Shown: positions 8,996 through 18,627 of the stretch, piece by piece
Layout of the letters: the number at the start of each line of letters is the position of its first letter
How positions within the stretch are numbered: position 1 is the first letter of the stretch
Assembly: GCA_036229005.1 (NCBI GenBank)
Contig: JAZAMN010000071.1
Location: forward strand, 32,001-96,000
Direction of reading: 5' to 3'
DNA: 64,000 bases
From: Myxococcota bacterium
Lineage (GTDB): Bacteria > Myxococcota_A > UBA796 > CAJQPC01
Notes under the pieces: generated by a model
Seen by the model: only the letters and a program-made list of their open reading frames with translations
Told to the model about the DNA's origin: nothing
Database searches by the model: none
Made by a program: the position numbers and the translations under genes

Positions 8996-11900
8996 ATGCC
9001 CAAGCCGCCCGCCGTCTGCTACGTCCTGGCCGACTACCCCGTCCTCAGCCAGACCTTCGTCCACGCGGAGATGGTCGCGCTGCGGGCCGCCGGGGTGCGC
9101 GTGGGGGTGGTGTGCCACCGGGCGGGGGATCCCACGATCCGCTTCGGAGACGGGCCCGACGGGGCGCCCTTCCCCATCCTGCACAGCGACCTCTCCCAGA
9201 CCCAGGCCCTGGACGCCGTCCTGGCCGACTTCGACCACCTGCACGGGCACTTCGCCGACTTTGGCCTGCGGGTGCTGCAGGAGATCGCCGAGCGCACGCG
9301 GACTCCCTTCTCGTTCATGTGCCACGCCTACGACCTCTTCCGCCGAGACGCCGCCGTCACCATGGAGGACTGGCAGACCCTCAGCCCCCTGTGCACCAAG
9401 GTCGTCACCATCTCCCGCTTCCACCGGGACTTCATCGCCACCGCCGGCGTGGACCCCGAGCGCATCGCCATCGTCCCCAACGCCGCCCGCCTCAGCGGCC
9501 TGATCCACAGCGCGCCCCCCGCACCCACCCAGCTCAAGCGCATCCTCGCCGTGGGCCGGCCCACCCCCAAGAAGGGCTTCGGCGTGCTCCTGGAGGCCTG
9601 GAAGCGGGCCAAGAAGCACGCGCCGGAGCTGGAGCTGGAGATCATCGGGACCCAGGTCCCCAACAAGCCCCTCCCCAGCGGACTCCACCTGTCGGGACTG
9701 CGGCCCTACGGCGAGGTGCTGCGTGCCATGTCCCAAGCCGACCTCGTGGTCGCCCCCAGCGTCGCGGCGCCCAACGGCGACATGGACGGCATCCCCACCG
9801 TGCTCGCCGAAGCCGGCGCCCTCCGCCGCCCGGTGATCGCCTCCCGCATCGCCGGCATCCCTGACCTGGTCGCCCCAGGCGTCAACGGCCTGCTGGTCGA
9901 GCCCGGCGACCCCCACGCCCTGGCCATGGCCCTGGTGCGCCTCGCGCAGCGCCCCTCCGAGCTCACCCGCATGGGGGTCAGCGGTCCGCGCCTGGCGGCC
10001 TGCCACGACGCCGAGATCGCCGCGCAGAGGTTGATCCGCGACGTGTTCTCCTCGCCGGCACCCCGCAGCGCAAAGATCTTGGTGGCGGACAGCTTCTCGT
10101 CGGCGAACCGAGGTGACGCAGCCATCCTGGAGGGCATCCTCTCCGGCCTCAGAGAGCGCCTGCCGGACGCCCAGCTCCAGGTGATCTCCCACCAACCCCA
10201 GGTGGGCCGCAGCTTCCACCCCGGCGTCGAGTTCATCGGGGACAACGACCCCATCGCCATGGCCCGCGCCCTGGTCGACACCGACTTGGTGGTCTCCTGC
10301 GGGGGCAGCTTCCTCAACGACCTCTACGCGCTGAACCTGGGGCCCCGCCTGGCCTTCTACCAGGCCGCCCACCGCGCCGAGATCCCCGTGGTGTTCTTCG
10401 CCCAGTCCATCGGCCCCCTGGACAGCCCCCTCTCCCGCATGGCCACCCGCGAGGTGCTGGACCAGGCCGCCTGGATCGTCGCCCGCGACCCCGCCTCCGC
10501 CCGCATCGTGCGCGAGCTGGGCGTCGGAGCCCCCATCCACCAGGGCGTCGACGCCGCCATCCTCCACCCCCTGCCCCAGGAGAAGGAGGAGCGGACCCTG
10601 CCCACCCTGGGGGTCACGGTTCGCCACTGGCACTTCCCGGGCCACCCGGACCCCTCAGCGCTCCAGTCCGCCTACGAGGACAACGTCGCCCAGGCCTGCC
10701 AGCGCTGGCTGGACGCGACCGGCGGGCGGATCCGGCTGCTCTCCAACTGCACCGACCTGGGCGGCTACCGCCAGGACGACCGCCTGACCGCCCAGCGCGT
10801 GGCCGACCGGATCCGCGGGGACGTGCGCCTGGAGCGGGACCCCGCCATCTCCTTCCAGGCGCTGCGCGAGCAGGCCGGCGCGTGCGACTTCTTCCTGGGC
10901 ACGCGCATGCACTCGCTGATCTTCGCCACCACCGCCGGGGTGCCCGCGGTGGGGGTCGCCTACGAGTTCAAGACCCCGGAGTACCTGGGCATGTGCGGCC
11001 TGGAGGGGCTGTCCGTGGACATCGCGGACTGCGCGGGCCTGCCGGAGCTGCTGATGAAGGCCTGGGCCCACCGGGACAGCCACCGCGCCAACCTGTTGGC
11101 GGCCCTGCCCGAGCTCCAGGAGCGCGCCCACGAGCAGCTCGACACCCTGGCCGCGATCGCCAAGGGCAAGCGCATCGCCCGCCCCCGCTCGGGGACCAAC
11201 GGCCAGGCCGGCTGGCAGGGCGAGACCTTCAAGTACGACACCGCCCACCGGCGCCTGCGCAAGGTCGTCGACACCGTGCTGGGCGAGGGCGGCCGGCGCG
11301 TGCTGGACGTGGGCTGCTCGACCGGTCTGGTGGGCCGCATGCTGGGCAAGCCCTTCGACTACCAGGGCGTCGACATCTCCCACGCCGTGGTCACCGGCGA
11401 GCCCCGCTTCCGCATCCAGCAGGCCGACCTGAACCAGCAGCCACTCCCGGCGTTCAATGGGCGCTTTGACTCCGTCGTCTGCTCCGGAAGCCTGGAGTAC
11501 CTCGATGACCTCGCTGGCACCCTGCGGCAGCTCCGGGAGCGCGCACAGCCAGGGGCTCTGGGGGTGTTCACCCTCTACAACCTGAGCCACTTCGCCCGCG
11601 CGACCGGCCGCGCCAGCCGACACCCCACCTGGCGCTTCCAGGCCCGCCCCGACGAGCTCGTCCTGGCCCTCTACGAGGCCGGCTGGTCCCCCCAGCGCCT
11701 CAGCGCCAGCGCCGCTGGATATGGCCCCTCCCAGGCCGTCAACGCCGAGCACCCCACCGACTGGGACCGCTCCGGCAGCGCCCAGCTCCCCCCCCACCGG
11801 CTCGTGCGCCTGGGCCACCAGATCGTGGTCGTCGCCCGCGCCGTGGCCCCCCGCCCCGGCCCCCAGGCCATCGAGGATCTGGCCGGCCAGGGCAAGCTGC

Positions 11901-12265
11901 TCGAGGCCACCCACGTGGCCGTCTCCCTGGTCAAGCGCTTTGGCTGGTCGGCCCGCGCCTGGTCGGACCTGAGCGTGCTCTACCACCTGGCCGGCGACCC
12001 CCAGCTCGCCACCAAGAACCTGCTCAAGGCGCTCACCCGCGACCCCGCCAACGACACCATCCGGCAGAACCTGGAGGGCCTGGGGGTGGACCCGCGCATG
12101 GCCTTCCACGCCCACCCCGACACCGAGCTGCGGCTGATGCTGGACCCCAGCGACCCCGAGCGCTGGAAGGCCCTGATCGCCGAGCGCATCGCCGCCCACC
12201 GCCTGAGCGAGGCCGCCACCCTCCACGCGCTGATGCAGCGGGCGATGGCCCGACAGGCGGGCTGA
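8996..12265 (+). CDS. Multidomain fusion: GT4 glycosyltransferase (WcaL-like) + polysaccharide pyruvyltransferase (WcaK-like) + class I SAM methyltransferase + TPR
   Basis: AGGAG RBS before ATG 8996; YPVLSQTFV..E, HGHF, GRPTPKKG, DMDGIPTVLAEA (GT4); NRGDAAI, GGS, AQSIGP, ARD..S, GTRMHS (pyruvyltransferase); VLDVGCSTG, FDSVVC..SLEYL (MTase); ARAWSDL...AL..DP (TPR). Confidence 0.85.
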   Translation: MPKPPAVCYVLADYPVLSQTFVHAEMVALRAAGVRVGVVCHRAGDPTIRFGDGPDGAPFPILHSDLSQTQALDAVLADFDHLHGHFADFGLRVLQEIAERTRTPFSFMCHAYDLFRRDAAVTMEDWQTLSPLCTKVVTISRFHRDFIATAGVDPERIAIVPNAARLSGLIHSAPPAPTQLKRILAVGRPTPKKGFGVLLEAWKRAKKHAPELELEIIGTQVPNKPLPSGLHLSGLRPYGEVLRAMSQADLVVAPSVAAPNGDMDGIPTVLAEAGALRRPVIASRIAGIPDLVAPGVNGLLVEPGDPHALAMALVRLAQRPSELTRMGVSGPRLAACHDAEIAAQRLIRDVFSSPAPRSAKILVADSFSSANRGDAAILEGILSGLRERLPDAQLQVISHQPQVGRSFHPGVEFIGDNDPIAMARALVDTDLVVSCGGSFLNDLYALNLGPRLAFYQAAHRAEIPVVFFAQSIGPLDSPLSRMATREVLDQAAWIVARDPASARIVRELGVGAPIHQGVDAAILHPLPQEKEERTLPTLGVTVRHWHFPGHPDPSALQSAYEDNVAQACQRWLDATGGRIRLLSNCTDLGGYRQDDRLTAQRVADRIRGDVRLERDPAISFQALREQAGACDFFLGTRMHSLIFATTAGVPAVGVAYEFKTPEYLGMCGLEGLSVDIADCAGLPELLMKAWAHRDSHRANLLAALPELQERAHEQLDTLAAIAKGKRIARPRSGTNGQAGWQGETFKYDTAHRRLRKVVDTVLGEGGRRVLDVGCSTGLVGRMLGKPFDYQGVDISHAVVTGEPRFRIQQADLNQQPLPAFNGRFDSVVCSGSLEYLDDLAGTLRQLRERAQPGALGVFTLYNLSHFARATGRASRHPTWRFQARPDELVLALYEAGWSPQRLSASAAGYGPSQAVNAEHPTDWDRSGSAQLPPHRLVRLGHQIVVVARAVAPRPGPQAIEDLAGQGKLLEATHVAVSLVKRFGWSARAWSDLSVLYHLAGDPQLATKNLLKALTRDPANDTIRQNLEGLGVDPRMAFHAHPDTELRLMLDPSDPERWKALIAERIAAHRLSEAATLHALMQRAMARQAG

Positions 12266-14041
12266 ATGGGACTCTCCACCGGCCTCCGCCCCCGCAGCCA
12301 ACAGGAGCGCCTGGCGGTCGCCGCGCTGCTCCACAAGGCCCCCCTTCACCTGAGCGTGCCCCCCTCCGACGACGGCTGGCTGGCCGCGCAGCTCTGGATC
12401 GCCGGGCGCATCCCCCACTGGCCCCACCCGGGGGGAGAAGCGGTCGATGCGGCCCTCCAACGTCTGGGCCTACCGCCCCTGGATCGCAGCCCCTGCGCGG
12501 CCTCCGTAGACGCATCCTTCCGCCTGCGAGGTGCGGCTACCGCCGAGTCCCGCCCCCTCCCCCGGCTCCAGGGCAAGCCCACCGTCAGCCTGCTGATCTG
12601 CACCTACAACCGCGCCGAGCTGCTGCCCGCCGCCGTGGCCTCCGCCCGCGCCCAGGACTGGCCTTGCGAGATCGTGGTGGTCAACGACGGCTCCCAGGAC
12701 GAGACCCGGTCCTGGCTGGAAACCCAGGACGACCTGGTGGTCCTCCACCAGGACAACCAGGGCAAGCCCACCGCCCTGAACGCCGCGATCAACGCCGCAT
12801 CCGGCGACGCCCTCCTGGTCCTGGACGACGACGACCTGCTGCTCCCCGGCGCCATCCGCCTGCTCGCCACCGCTCTGTTCAGCCACCCCGAGCTGTCCAT
12901 GGTGTTCGGCGACAGCGTGGTGTTCGACGGCGCCACCGGAGAGCCCGGCGACTGGCTCCCCGCCTCCCGCGTGCCCCCCGCCCGCTGCGTCGAGGAGTGC
13001 GTGCAGCGCATCCCCGGCATGCCCGGCGCCTGCCTGATCCGCGCCGGCGCCCAGGCCCAGGCCGGCCCCTACGACCCCAGCATGGTGCGCGGCCAGGACA
13101 TGGACATGTACCTGCGCCTGTCCCAGGTCGCGCCCTTCGCCAGCCTGCCCTTCGCGACCTTCCTGTACCGCTCCCACGATGGCCTGCGCGGCTCCGCGGC
13201 CGGCCAGTGGCGCAAGTCGGACCAGAGCACCCACACCGCGCGCTTCCGCAGCTTCGTGCAGCCGGTGTTCACCCGCCGCCTGGAGGCCGCCCGCGCCACC
13301 CTGAGCCCCGATCAGGCCCACTCCTGGGCTCTGGGCGCGCAGCAGCGGGGTCTGCCGGAGCTGGGCCGTTCGCTGATCGTTGACCTCGCCGGGGCCCACA
13401 GTCCCAGGCAGCGTTGGATCCGCCAGCAGCTTGGGTTGGTGAGCCAGGATGCGCAGCCCACCCAGGACCTCCTCCTCCTCCACGACGGAGACGAGGGCGC
13501 TCTGGAGGCCGCACTGCAAGCCCACGCCTGGAGCGACGGGGAGCAGGGAGAAGAGCGGGAGCCGAGGGGGATCTGGGTGCACCTGCATCAGCCGGCAGAC
13601 CCCCTGAGCGCCGTCCGCCTGTACTGGGAAGGCAACTTCGGCGCCGGCGAGGACCTGCGTGGCTGGATCCAGGCCTCGGGGCCGATCCACGTGCGCTTGT
13701 CTTCGGCCCCCGCTTGGTCCCCGCCGCCCTTGCCGGACCCGGGCTTCCTGCTGCCCGGGGACGCGCGCGTGAGTGTGTATGCGACCGCTCTGGCGATGGG
13801 GTGGCCCCTGCCCAAGCGCACCCGACCGGGCATGGCGCCGCCCGCGAATCCGCTGCTGGGGCGGCTGGTGCGGGCGCGCAGATCGGAGCTGGGCGGTCAA
13901 CACGCCGAGGCCTTTGGTGCCCTGGAGCCCTTGCTGGCCAAGCTCCCCGACTGGAAGGCCGGCTGGGTGTTCGCGCAGCGCCTGATGGCGGGGCTGGGGC
14001 TGCAGGAGCAGGCCGCGCAGTGTGGGGCGCGGGCGCGCTGA
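12266..14041 (+). CDS. GT2 family glycosyltransferase with N- and C-terminal extensions
   Basis: VSLLICTYNRA, VVNDGSQD, NQGK..ALN, LDDDD, GQDMDM; ATG directly follows the upstream TGA. Confidence 0.85.
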   Translation: MGLSTGLRPRSQQERLAVAALLHKAPLHLSVPPSDDGWLAAQLWIAGRIPHWPHPGGEAVDAALQRLGLPPLDRSPCAASVDASFRLRGAATAESRPLPRLQGKPTVSLLICTYNRAELLPAAVASARAQDWPCEIVVVNDGSQDETRSWLETQDDLVVLHQDNQGKPTALNAAINAASGDALLVLDDDDLLLPGAIRLLATALFSHPELSMVFGDSVVFDGATGEPGDWLPASRVPPARCVEECVQRIPGMPGACLIRAGAQAQAGPYDPSMVRGQDMDMYLRLSQVAPFASLPFATFLYRSHDGLRGSAAGQWRKSDQSTHTARFRSFVQPVFTRRLEAARATLSPDQAHSWALGAQQRGLPELGRSLIVDLAGAHSPRQRWIRQQLGLVSQDAQPTQDLLLLHDGDEGALEAALQAHAWSDGEQGEEREPRGIWVHLHQPADPLSAVRLYWEGNFGAGEDLRGWIQASGPIHVRLSSAPAWSPPPLPDPGFLLPGDARVSVYATALAMGWPLPKRTRPGMAPPANPLLGRLVRARRSELGGQHAEAFGALEPLLAKLPDWKAGWVFAQRLMAGLGLQEQAAQCGARAR

Positions 14042-14083
14042 GCGGGGTCCCCCGGCCGGCGAATCCTGGGCTACCCTGGCGGC

Positions 14084-14620
14084 ATGAACGCCTTGTTGAT
14101 GCTGTGGATGGGCGCCGCCGAGCCGCCCGCTGAACTCCCCGCTGAGTCATTTATTGGGCTCCCCACCACCGTGCAGACCCAGGCCGTCCAGGACGAGCGC
14201 GGGGTGGGCGTGGAGATGTCCTTCGCGGTGGCCGCGGAGCCCGAGGTGGTGATCGCCGCGCTCTGGGCAGACGACAACTTCCAGGCCGTCTTTCCCTCGG
14301 TGGTCGCCAGCAGCGTGCTCAGCGAGACCGAGACCACCAAGACCCTGCAGCTCACTGAGCGCTACATGGGCATCGAGACCTCCTACGTGCTGGTGCTCAG
14401 CCGGGAGCCGGGCAAGCTCAGCTACGTGCAGGGGCCCGAGGAGCGCACCAAGATGGCGGGGGAGATCGTGGCGAGCCCCCTGGGTCAGGGCGCCAGCCGG
14501 GTGACCTACACGGGCACCGCGGACATGGGCTGGATGGTGCCCGACAAGATGATGATCCAGGCGATGCAGGACATGGCGCCGCAGATCGCGGCGAACCTGC
14601 GGGCGCTGGTCGCCTCCTGA
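14084..14620 (+). CDS. SRPBCC/START-like (polyketide cyclase-type) fold protein
   Basis: 'VAAEPEVVIAALW..DNF..VFP.V' pattern and a C-terminal helix typical of SRPBCC; hydrophobic N-terminus. Confidence 0.5.
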   Translation: MNALLMLWMGAAEPPAELPAESFIGLPTTVQTQAVQDERGVGVEMSFAVAAEPEVVIAALWADDNFQAVFPSVVASSVLSETETTKTLQLTERYMGIETSYVLVLSREPGKLSYVQGPEERTKMAGEIVASPLGQGASRVTYTGTADMGWMVPDKMMIQAMQDMAPQIAANLRALVAS

Positions 14621-14625
14621 AGCAG

Positions 14626-14659
14626 GCGCGGCCCGCCAGGAGCACCTGACGGACCGCGC
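14626..14659. terminator. Hairpin between convergent genes (probable terminator)
   Basis: gcgcggcccgccagg-agca-cctgacggaccgcgc; on the minus strand the two mismatches become G-U pairs (15-bp stem). Confidence 0.55.
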
Positions 14660-14676
14660 GCTTTCAGCTCGGAGTG

Positions 14677-17600
14677 TCAGCGCCGGCGGCGCACCACCAG
14701 ACCGAGCATGGCGAGCAGACCGAACACCAGGCCGCTGGGGGCCGCGGGGCTGGAGCTGCAGCCGAAGCCGCCGCCGCCCAGGTAGGTGCCCACATCGTCG
14801 GCGGGGTCCAGGGGATCCAGGCCGCGGGCGACCTCCTCGCCGTCGTCGATGCCGCCGCCGTCGGAGTCGGCCTTGATCGGCGAGGTGCCCAGCTCGACCT
14901 CGAAGCCATCGTCCAGACCGTCGCGGTCGGAGTCCATCACCATCGGATCGCTGCCGATCTCGTAGGCCTCGTCGCGGTCGCTCAGGCCGTCGCCGTCGCT
15001 GTCCTCGACCATGCCGCTGGTGCCCAGCTCGGCCTCGTAGCCGTCGTCCAGGCCGTCGCCGTCGGAGTCGGGGTCGATCGGCGAGGTGCCAGATTCGACC
15101 TCCTCGCCGTCGCTCAGGCCATCGCCGTCGCTGTCCACCGCCAGGGGATCACTGCCCAGCTCCTTCTCCTGCCCATCGTCCACGCCGTCGTCGTCACTGT
15201 CGGCGTCCAGGGGGTCGGTCTCGTCAACGTAGACCTCCTCGCCGTCGTCCACGCCGTCGCCGTCGCTGTCCGCGCTCAGGGGATCGGTGCCAAAGCTGTT
15301 CTCCTCCTCCCAGTCGGTGATCCCGTCGTCGTCCGTGTCGGCCAGGTCGTCGGAGACATCGAAGGGGTCGGTGCCGTCGACCAGCACCTCTTCGCCATCG
15401 CTGCGGCCGCCGCCGTCGCTGTCGGGGTTCCAGGGATCGGTCCCCCAGTCCACCCACTCGTCGTAGTCGTCCAGCCAGTCACCGTCGCTGTCCGCCGACA
15501 GGGGGTCGGTCTCGGACTCGTAGAGCTCCGCCCAGTCCCCCAGGCCGTCGTCGTCGGTGTCGGGCTCGTTGGGATCCGTGCCCAGCTCATAGGCCTCCTC
15601 GTAGTCGTCCAGGCCGTCCTCGTCGGTGTCCTGCGCGGTGGGGTCGGTGCCCAGCTCGTGGATCTCCGCGTAGTCGCCCACGCCGTCGTCATCGCTGTCC
15701 GGCTCGGTGGGGTCCGTGCCCCACTCGTTGACCTCGACGCCGTCGGAGATGCCGTCCTCGTCGCTGTCCTCGACCAGCGGGTCGGAGCCGTGGATCAGGA
15801 CCTCGTCCGCGTCGGAGACGCCGTCACCGTCGCTGTCGCCAGAGGCGTCGCTGGGATCGGTGCCGGCGCTGTCCTCCCAGTCATCGCTCAGGCCGTCGCC
15901 GTCGCTGTCGCTGCTGGTCGGGCTGGTCCCGATTCCGGCCTCGTAGCCGTCGGCCAGGCCATCGCCGTCGCTGTCCGTGCTGGCGGGATCGCTCTCCCAG
16001 ACGCTGACCTCATCGCCGTCGTCCAGGCCGTCCCCGTCGGTGTCGGGGTCGTAGGGGTCCGCGCCGTAGCTGGCCTCGCTGGCGTCGGAGAGGCCGTCGT
16101 CGTCGGAGTCCTCGTCCAGATAGTTGGCCGCGCCGTCGGCGTCCGCGTCGTCGTTGGTGGGGTCGCCGTCGCCGTCGACGTCCTCGTCGGCGGTGCTCAG
16201 GCCGTCGCCGTCGTCGTCGCTGTCCAGGTAGTCGGCGATGCCGTCACCGTCGGTGTCCTCGCCGGTGGGCGCGGAGGCGGTGTAGACCTCGCTGGCGGTG
16301 GGCACGCCGTCGCCGTCGTCATCGCTGTCCAGGTAGTCGGCGGTGCCGTCCCCGTCGCTGTCTTCCCCGGTGGGGCCGCTGGCGGTGTAGACCTCGTCCG
16401 CGGTGGCCACGCCGTCGCCGTCGTCGTCGGTGTCCAGGTAGTCGGCCCAGCCGTCCCCGTCGCTGTCCTGGGCGGTGGGATCGCTGGCGCCGTAGACCTC
16501 GTCGACCGTGGCCACGCCGTCGCCGTCGTCGTCGCTGTCCAGGTAGTCCGCCACACCATCCGCGTCGGAGTCCTGGTCGGCGGGCTTGGCGGCCGCCAGG
16601 CGCTCGTCCCAGGTGCTCACGCCGTCGCCGTCGTCGTCGCTGTCCAGGTAGTCCGGGGTGCCGTCCCCGTCGGAGTCCTGGTCCACGATGGCGCTGCCCG
16701 CGTAGGCCTCGCTGGCGGTGGGCACCCCGTCGCCGTCGTCGTCGTCGTCCAGGTAGTCCTCGAAGCCGTCCGCGTCGCTGTCCAGGCTGGCGATGGGGTC
16801 GAACTCAAAGGAGGTGAGCAGCCCGTCGCCGTCGTCGTCGTCGTCCAGGAAGTCCGGGGTCAGGTCGCCGTCCGAGTCGTCGGAGCCGGGGTCGCCGTCG
16901 CCATCCAGGTCCTCGTCGACCGTCTGAATCCCATCGCCGTCGTCGTCGGAGTCGGCGTAGTTGGGCACGCCGTCGCCGTCGGTGTCGTCGTTGGTGGGGT
17001 CACCGTCAAAGTCGAGGTCTTCGTCGGCCGTCTCGATGCCATCGCCGTCGTCGTCGGTGTCCAAGTGGTCGACCACGCCGTCGCCGTCGGTGTCGATGGA
17101 GCTGCCGCCGGAGACCTCGGCCGAGGTGGGCACGCCGTCGTCGTCGTCGTCGGTGTCCAGGTAGTCCGGGGTGCCGTCGCCGTCGGAGTCGTCGTTGCTG
17201 GGGTCGCCGTCGCCGTCGATGTCCTCGTCGTCGTTGGAGACCCCGTCCTTGTCGTTGTCCGTGGGTGCGTCGAGGTAGTCCGGGATGCCGTCACCATCCT
17301 CGTCCCCCGTCGTCCCCTCATCGATCGTCAGGGTGCCGTCGCCGTCGTCGTCGTCGTCCAGGAAGTTCGGGATCCCGTCGCCGTCGGTGTCGTCGTTGGT
17401 GGGATCGCCGTCGCCGTCCACGTCCTCGTCGGCGGAGGGGATGCCGTCGCCGTCATCGTCGTCGTCCTGGTAGTTCGGGGTGCCGTCGCCGTCGGTGTCG
17501 TCGTTGGTGTAGTCGCCGTCGCCGTCCGCGTCCTCGTAGGCGTCGATGACCAGGTCACCGTCCTCGTCCTCCGCCACGTCGGGGAAGCCGTCGCCGTCGG

Positions 17601-18522
17601 TGTCGTTGCAGAAGGCGGTGTACTCGGCCTCGTAGTTGGCCACCGCCTCGGACTGGCTGGTGCCGTAGACCACCAGCAGGCCAAAGCTCACCGAGTCGCC
17701 CGCCGCGATGGTGGCCTCGGTGTGCCGCCAGTGCATCGTGTCGTCCGCGCTGGCGCTGTTGGGGTCGCTCAGGGTCGCGTCTGCGTCCTGGTTCCAACCG
17801 GTGATGCCGAACTCATCCTTGTCCGGCTCGCAGGAGCCAAAGGCCCAGGTGTACCCGCTGGAGGAGCCCACGGCCTCGACGTAGTCGTCGGTCCCGTCGG
17901 AGTCCAGGTCGCGCACGTCGTTGTAGGTCGCGGTGACGCCAAAGGTCTCGGAGTCCACGTCCGGGTCCACGCCGAAGTTGATCCGGAAGTTCGTGGCGTC
18001 CGCCGTGCCGTTGTTCTCGACCAGAAAGCGCACGGACATCAGGATGCCGTCGACCGCCCACACCTCGGTCTTGGTGACGCTCAGGTCGCCGTAGTCCATC
18101 CCGTACTTCACGACCTTGTAGTCGCTGGTGGACTCGTCGGCCTCATAGGTGACCGTGTAGTTGTAGGTCCCCGCCGAGCTGTTGCCCGCGGCCGTGTACG
18201 CAGTGCCGCCCTGGTCCCACTCCCAGGTCAGGTTGTGCCAGGGGGAGCCCGCGCGGACCCAGTCGGTCCAGAGCCCATCGCCGTCCAGGTCCGTCTGGAT
18301 CCCGTTGTGGCTGGTGCTGTCGTACCAGAGCCCCGCGTCGTTGGTGTAGAGCTGGACGTAGGTGCCCGTGGTCTGCAGCGCGGCCTGCGCGGACGGCGAG
18401 AAGCCCAGGGTCAGGGAGAGGAGCGAGGCACCCAGGCCCACTCCAGCGGCGCGCCCACCGACCAGCTTGAGGGTGCGGGAGGCAGGCTTGGGCTTGCGGG
18501 CCGAGCGAGGAAAACGTTGCAT
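14677..18522 (-). CDS. Large acidic cell-surface protein: N-terminal beta domain + many TSP3-like DxDxDG repeats + MYXO-CTERM-like anchor
   Basis: Signal ending AQA; repeated DTDGDGxPDYLDxDDDGDG and DSDGDGLSDxxE..GTDP units; C-terminus GGGGFGCSS...TM helix + RRRR. Confidence 0.88.
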   Translation of the reverse strand: MQRFPRSARKPKPASRTLKLVGGRAAGVGLGASLLSLTLGFSPSAQAALQTTGTYVQLYTNDAGLWYDSTSHNGIQTDLDGDGLWTDWVRAGSPWHNLTWEWDQGGTAYTAAGNSSAGTYNYTVTYEADESTSDYKVVKYGMDYGDLSVTKTEVWAVDGILMSVRFLVENNGTADATNFRINFGVDPDVDSETFGVTATYNDVRDLDSDGTDDYVEAVGSSSGYTWAFGSCEPDKDEFGITGWNQDADATLSDPNSASADDTMHWRHTEATIAAGDSVSFGLLVVYGTSQSEAVANYEAEYTAFCNDTDGDGFPDVAEDEDGDLVIDAYEDADGDGDYTNDDTDGDGTPNYQDDDDDGDGIPSADEDVDGDGDPTNDDTDGDGIPNFLDDDDDGDGTLTIDEGTTGDEDGDGIPDYLDAPTDNDKDGVSNDDEDIDGDGDPSNDDSDGDGTPDYLDTDDDDDGVPTSAEVSGGSSIDTDGDGVVDHLDTDDDGDGIETADEDLDFDGDPTNDDTDGDGVPNYADSDDDGDGIQTVDEDLDGDGDPGSDDSDGDLTPDFLDDDDDGDGLLTSFEFDPIASLDSDADGFEDYLDDDDDGDGVPTASEAYAGSAIVDQDSDGDGTPDYLDSDDDGDGVSTWDERLAAAKPADQDSDADGVADYLDSDDDGDGVATVDEVYGASDPTAQDSDGDGWADYLDTDDDGDGVATADEVYTASGPTGEDSDGDGTADYLDSDDDGDGVPTASEVYTASAPTGEDTDGDGIADYLDSDDDGDGLSTADEDVDGDGDPTNDDADADGAANYLDEDSDDDGLSDASEASYGADPYDPDTDGDGLDDGDEVSVWESDPASTDSDGDGLADGYEAGIGTSPTSSDSDGDGLSDDWEDSAGTDPSDASGDSDGDGVSDADEVLIHGSDPLVEDSDEDGISDGVEVNEWGTDPTEPDSDDDGVGDYAEIHELGTDPTAQDTDEDGLDDYEEAYELGTDPNEPDTDDDGLGDWAELYESETDPLSADSDGDWLDDYDEWVDWGTDPWNPDSDGGGRSDGEEVLVDGTDPFDVSDDLADTDDDGITDWEEENSFGTDPLSADSDGDGVDDGEEVYVDETDPLDADSDDDGVDDGQEKELGSDPLAVDSDGDGLSDGEEVESGTSPIDPDSDGDGLDDGYEAELGTSGMVEDSDGDGLSDRDEAYEIGSDPMVMDSDRDGLDDGFEVELGTSPIKADSDGGGIDDGEEVARGLDPLDPADDVGTYLGGGGFGCSSSPAAPSGLVFGLLAMLGLVVRRRR

Positions 18523-18627
18523 GAAGGGGTCTCCTGTTCAGGACTCCGCGTCCCGGGAGTCGTCCCCGTTCCCCTCGGACCATCCGGCCCCCCGCTTAGC
18601 GATCAAGCGGGCAGGATCTGATCCCCC

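Noticed and set aside
14674..18621. 1315-aa plus-strand ORF
   Set aside because: Antisense mirror of the Asp-rich repeat gene; GAC codons read as GTC (Val) with no stops
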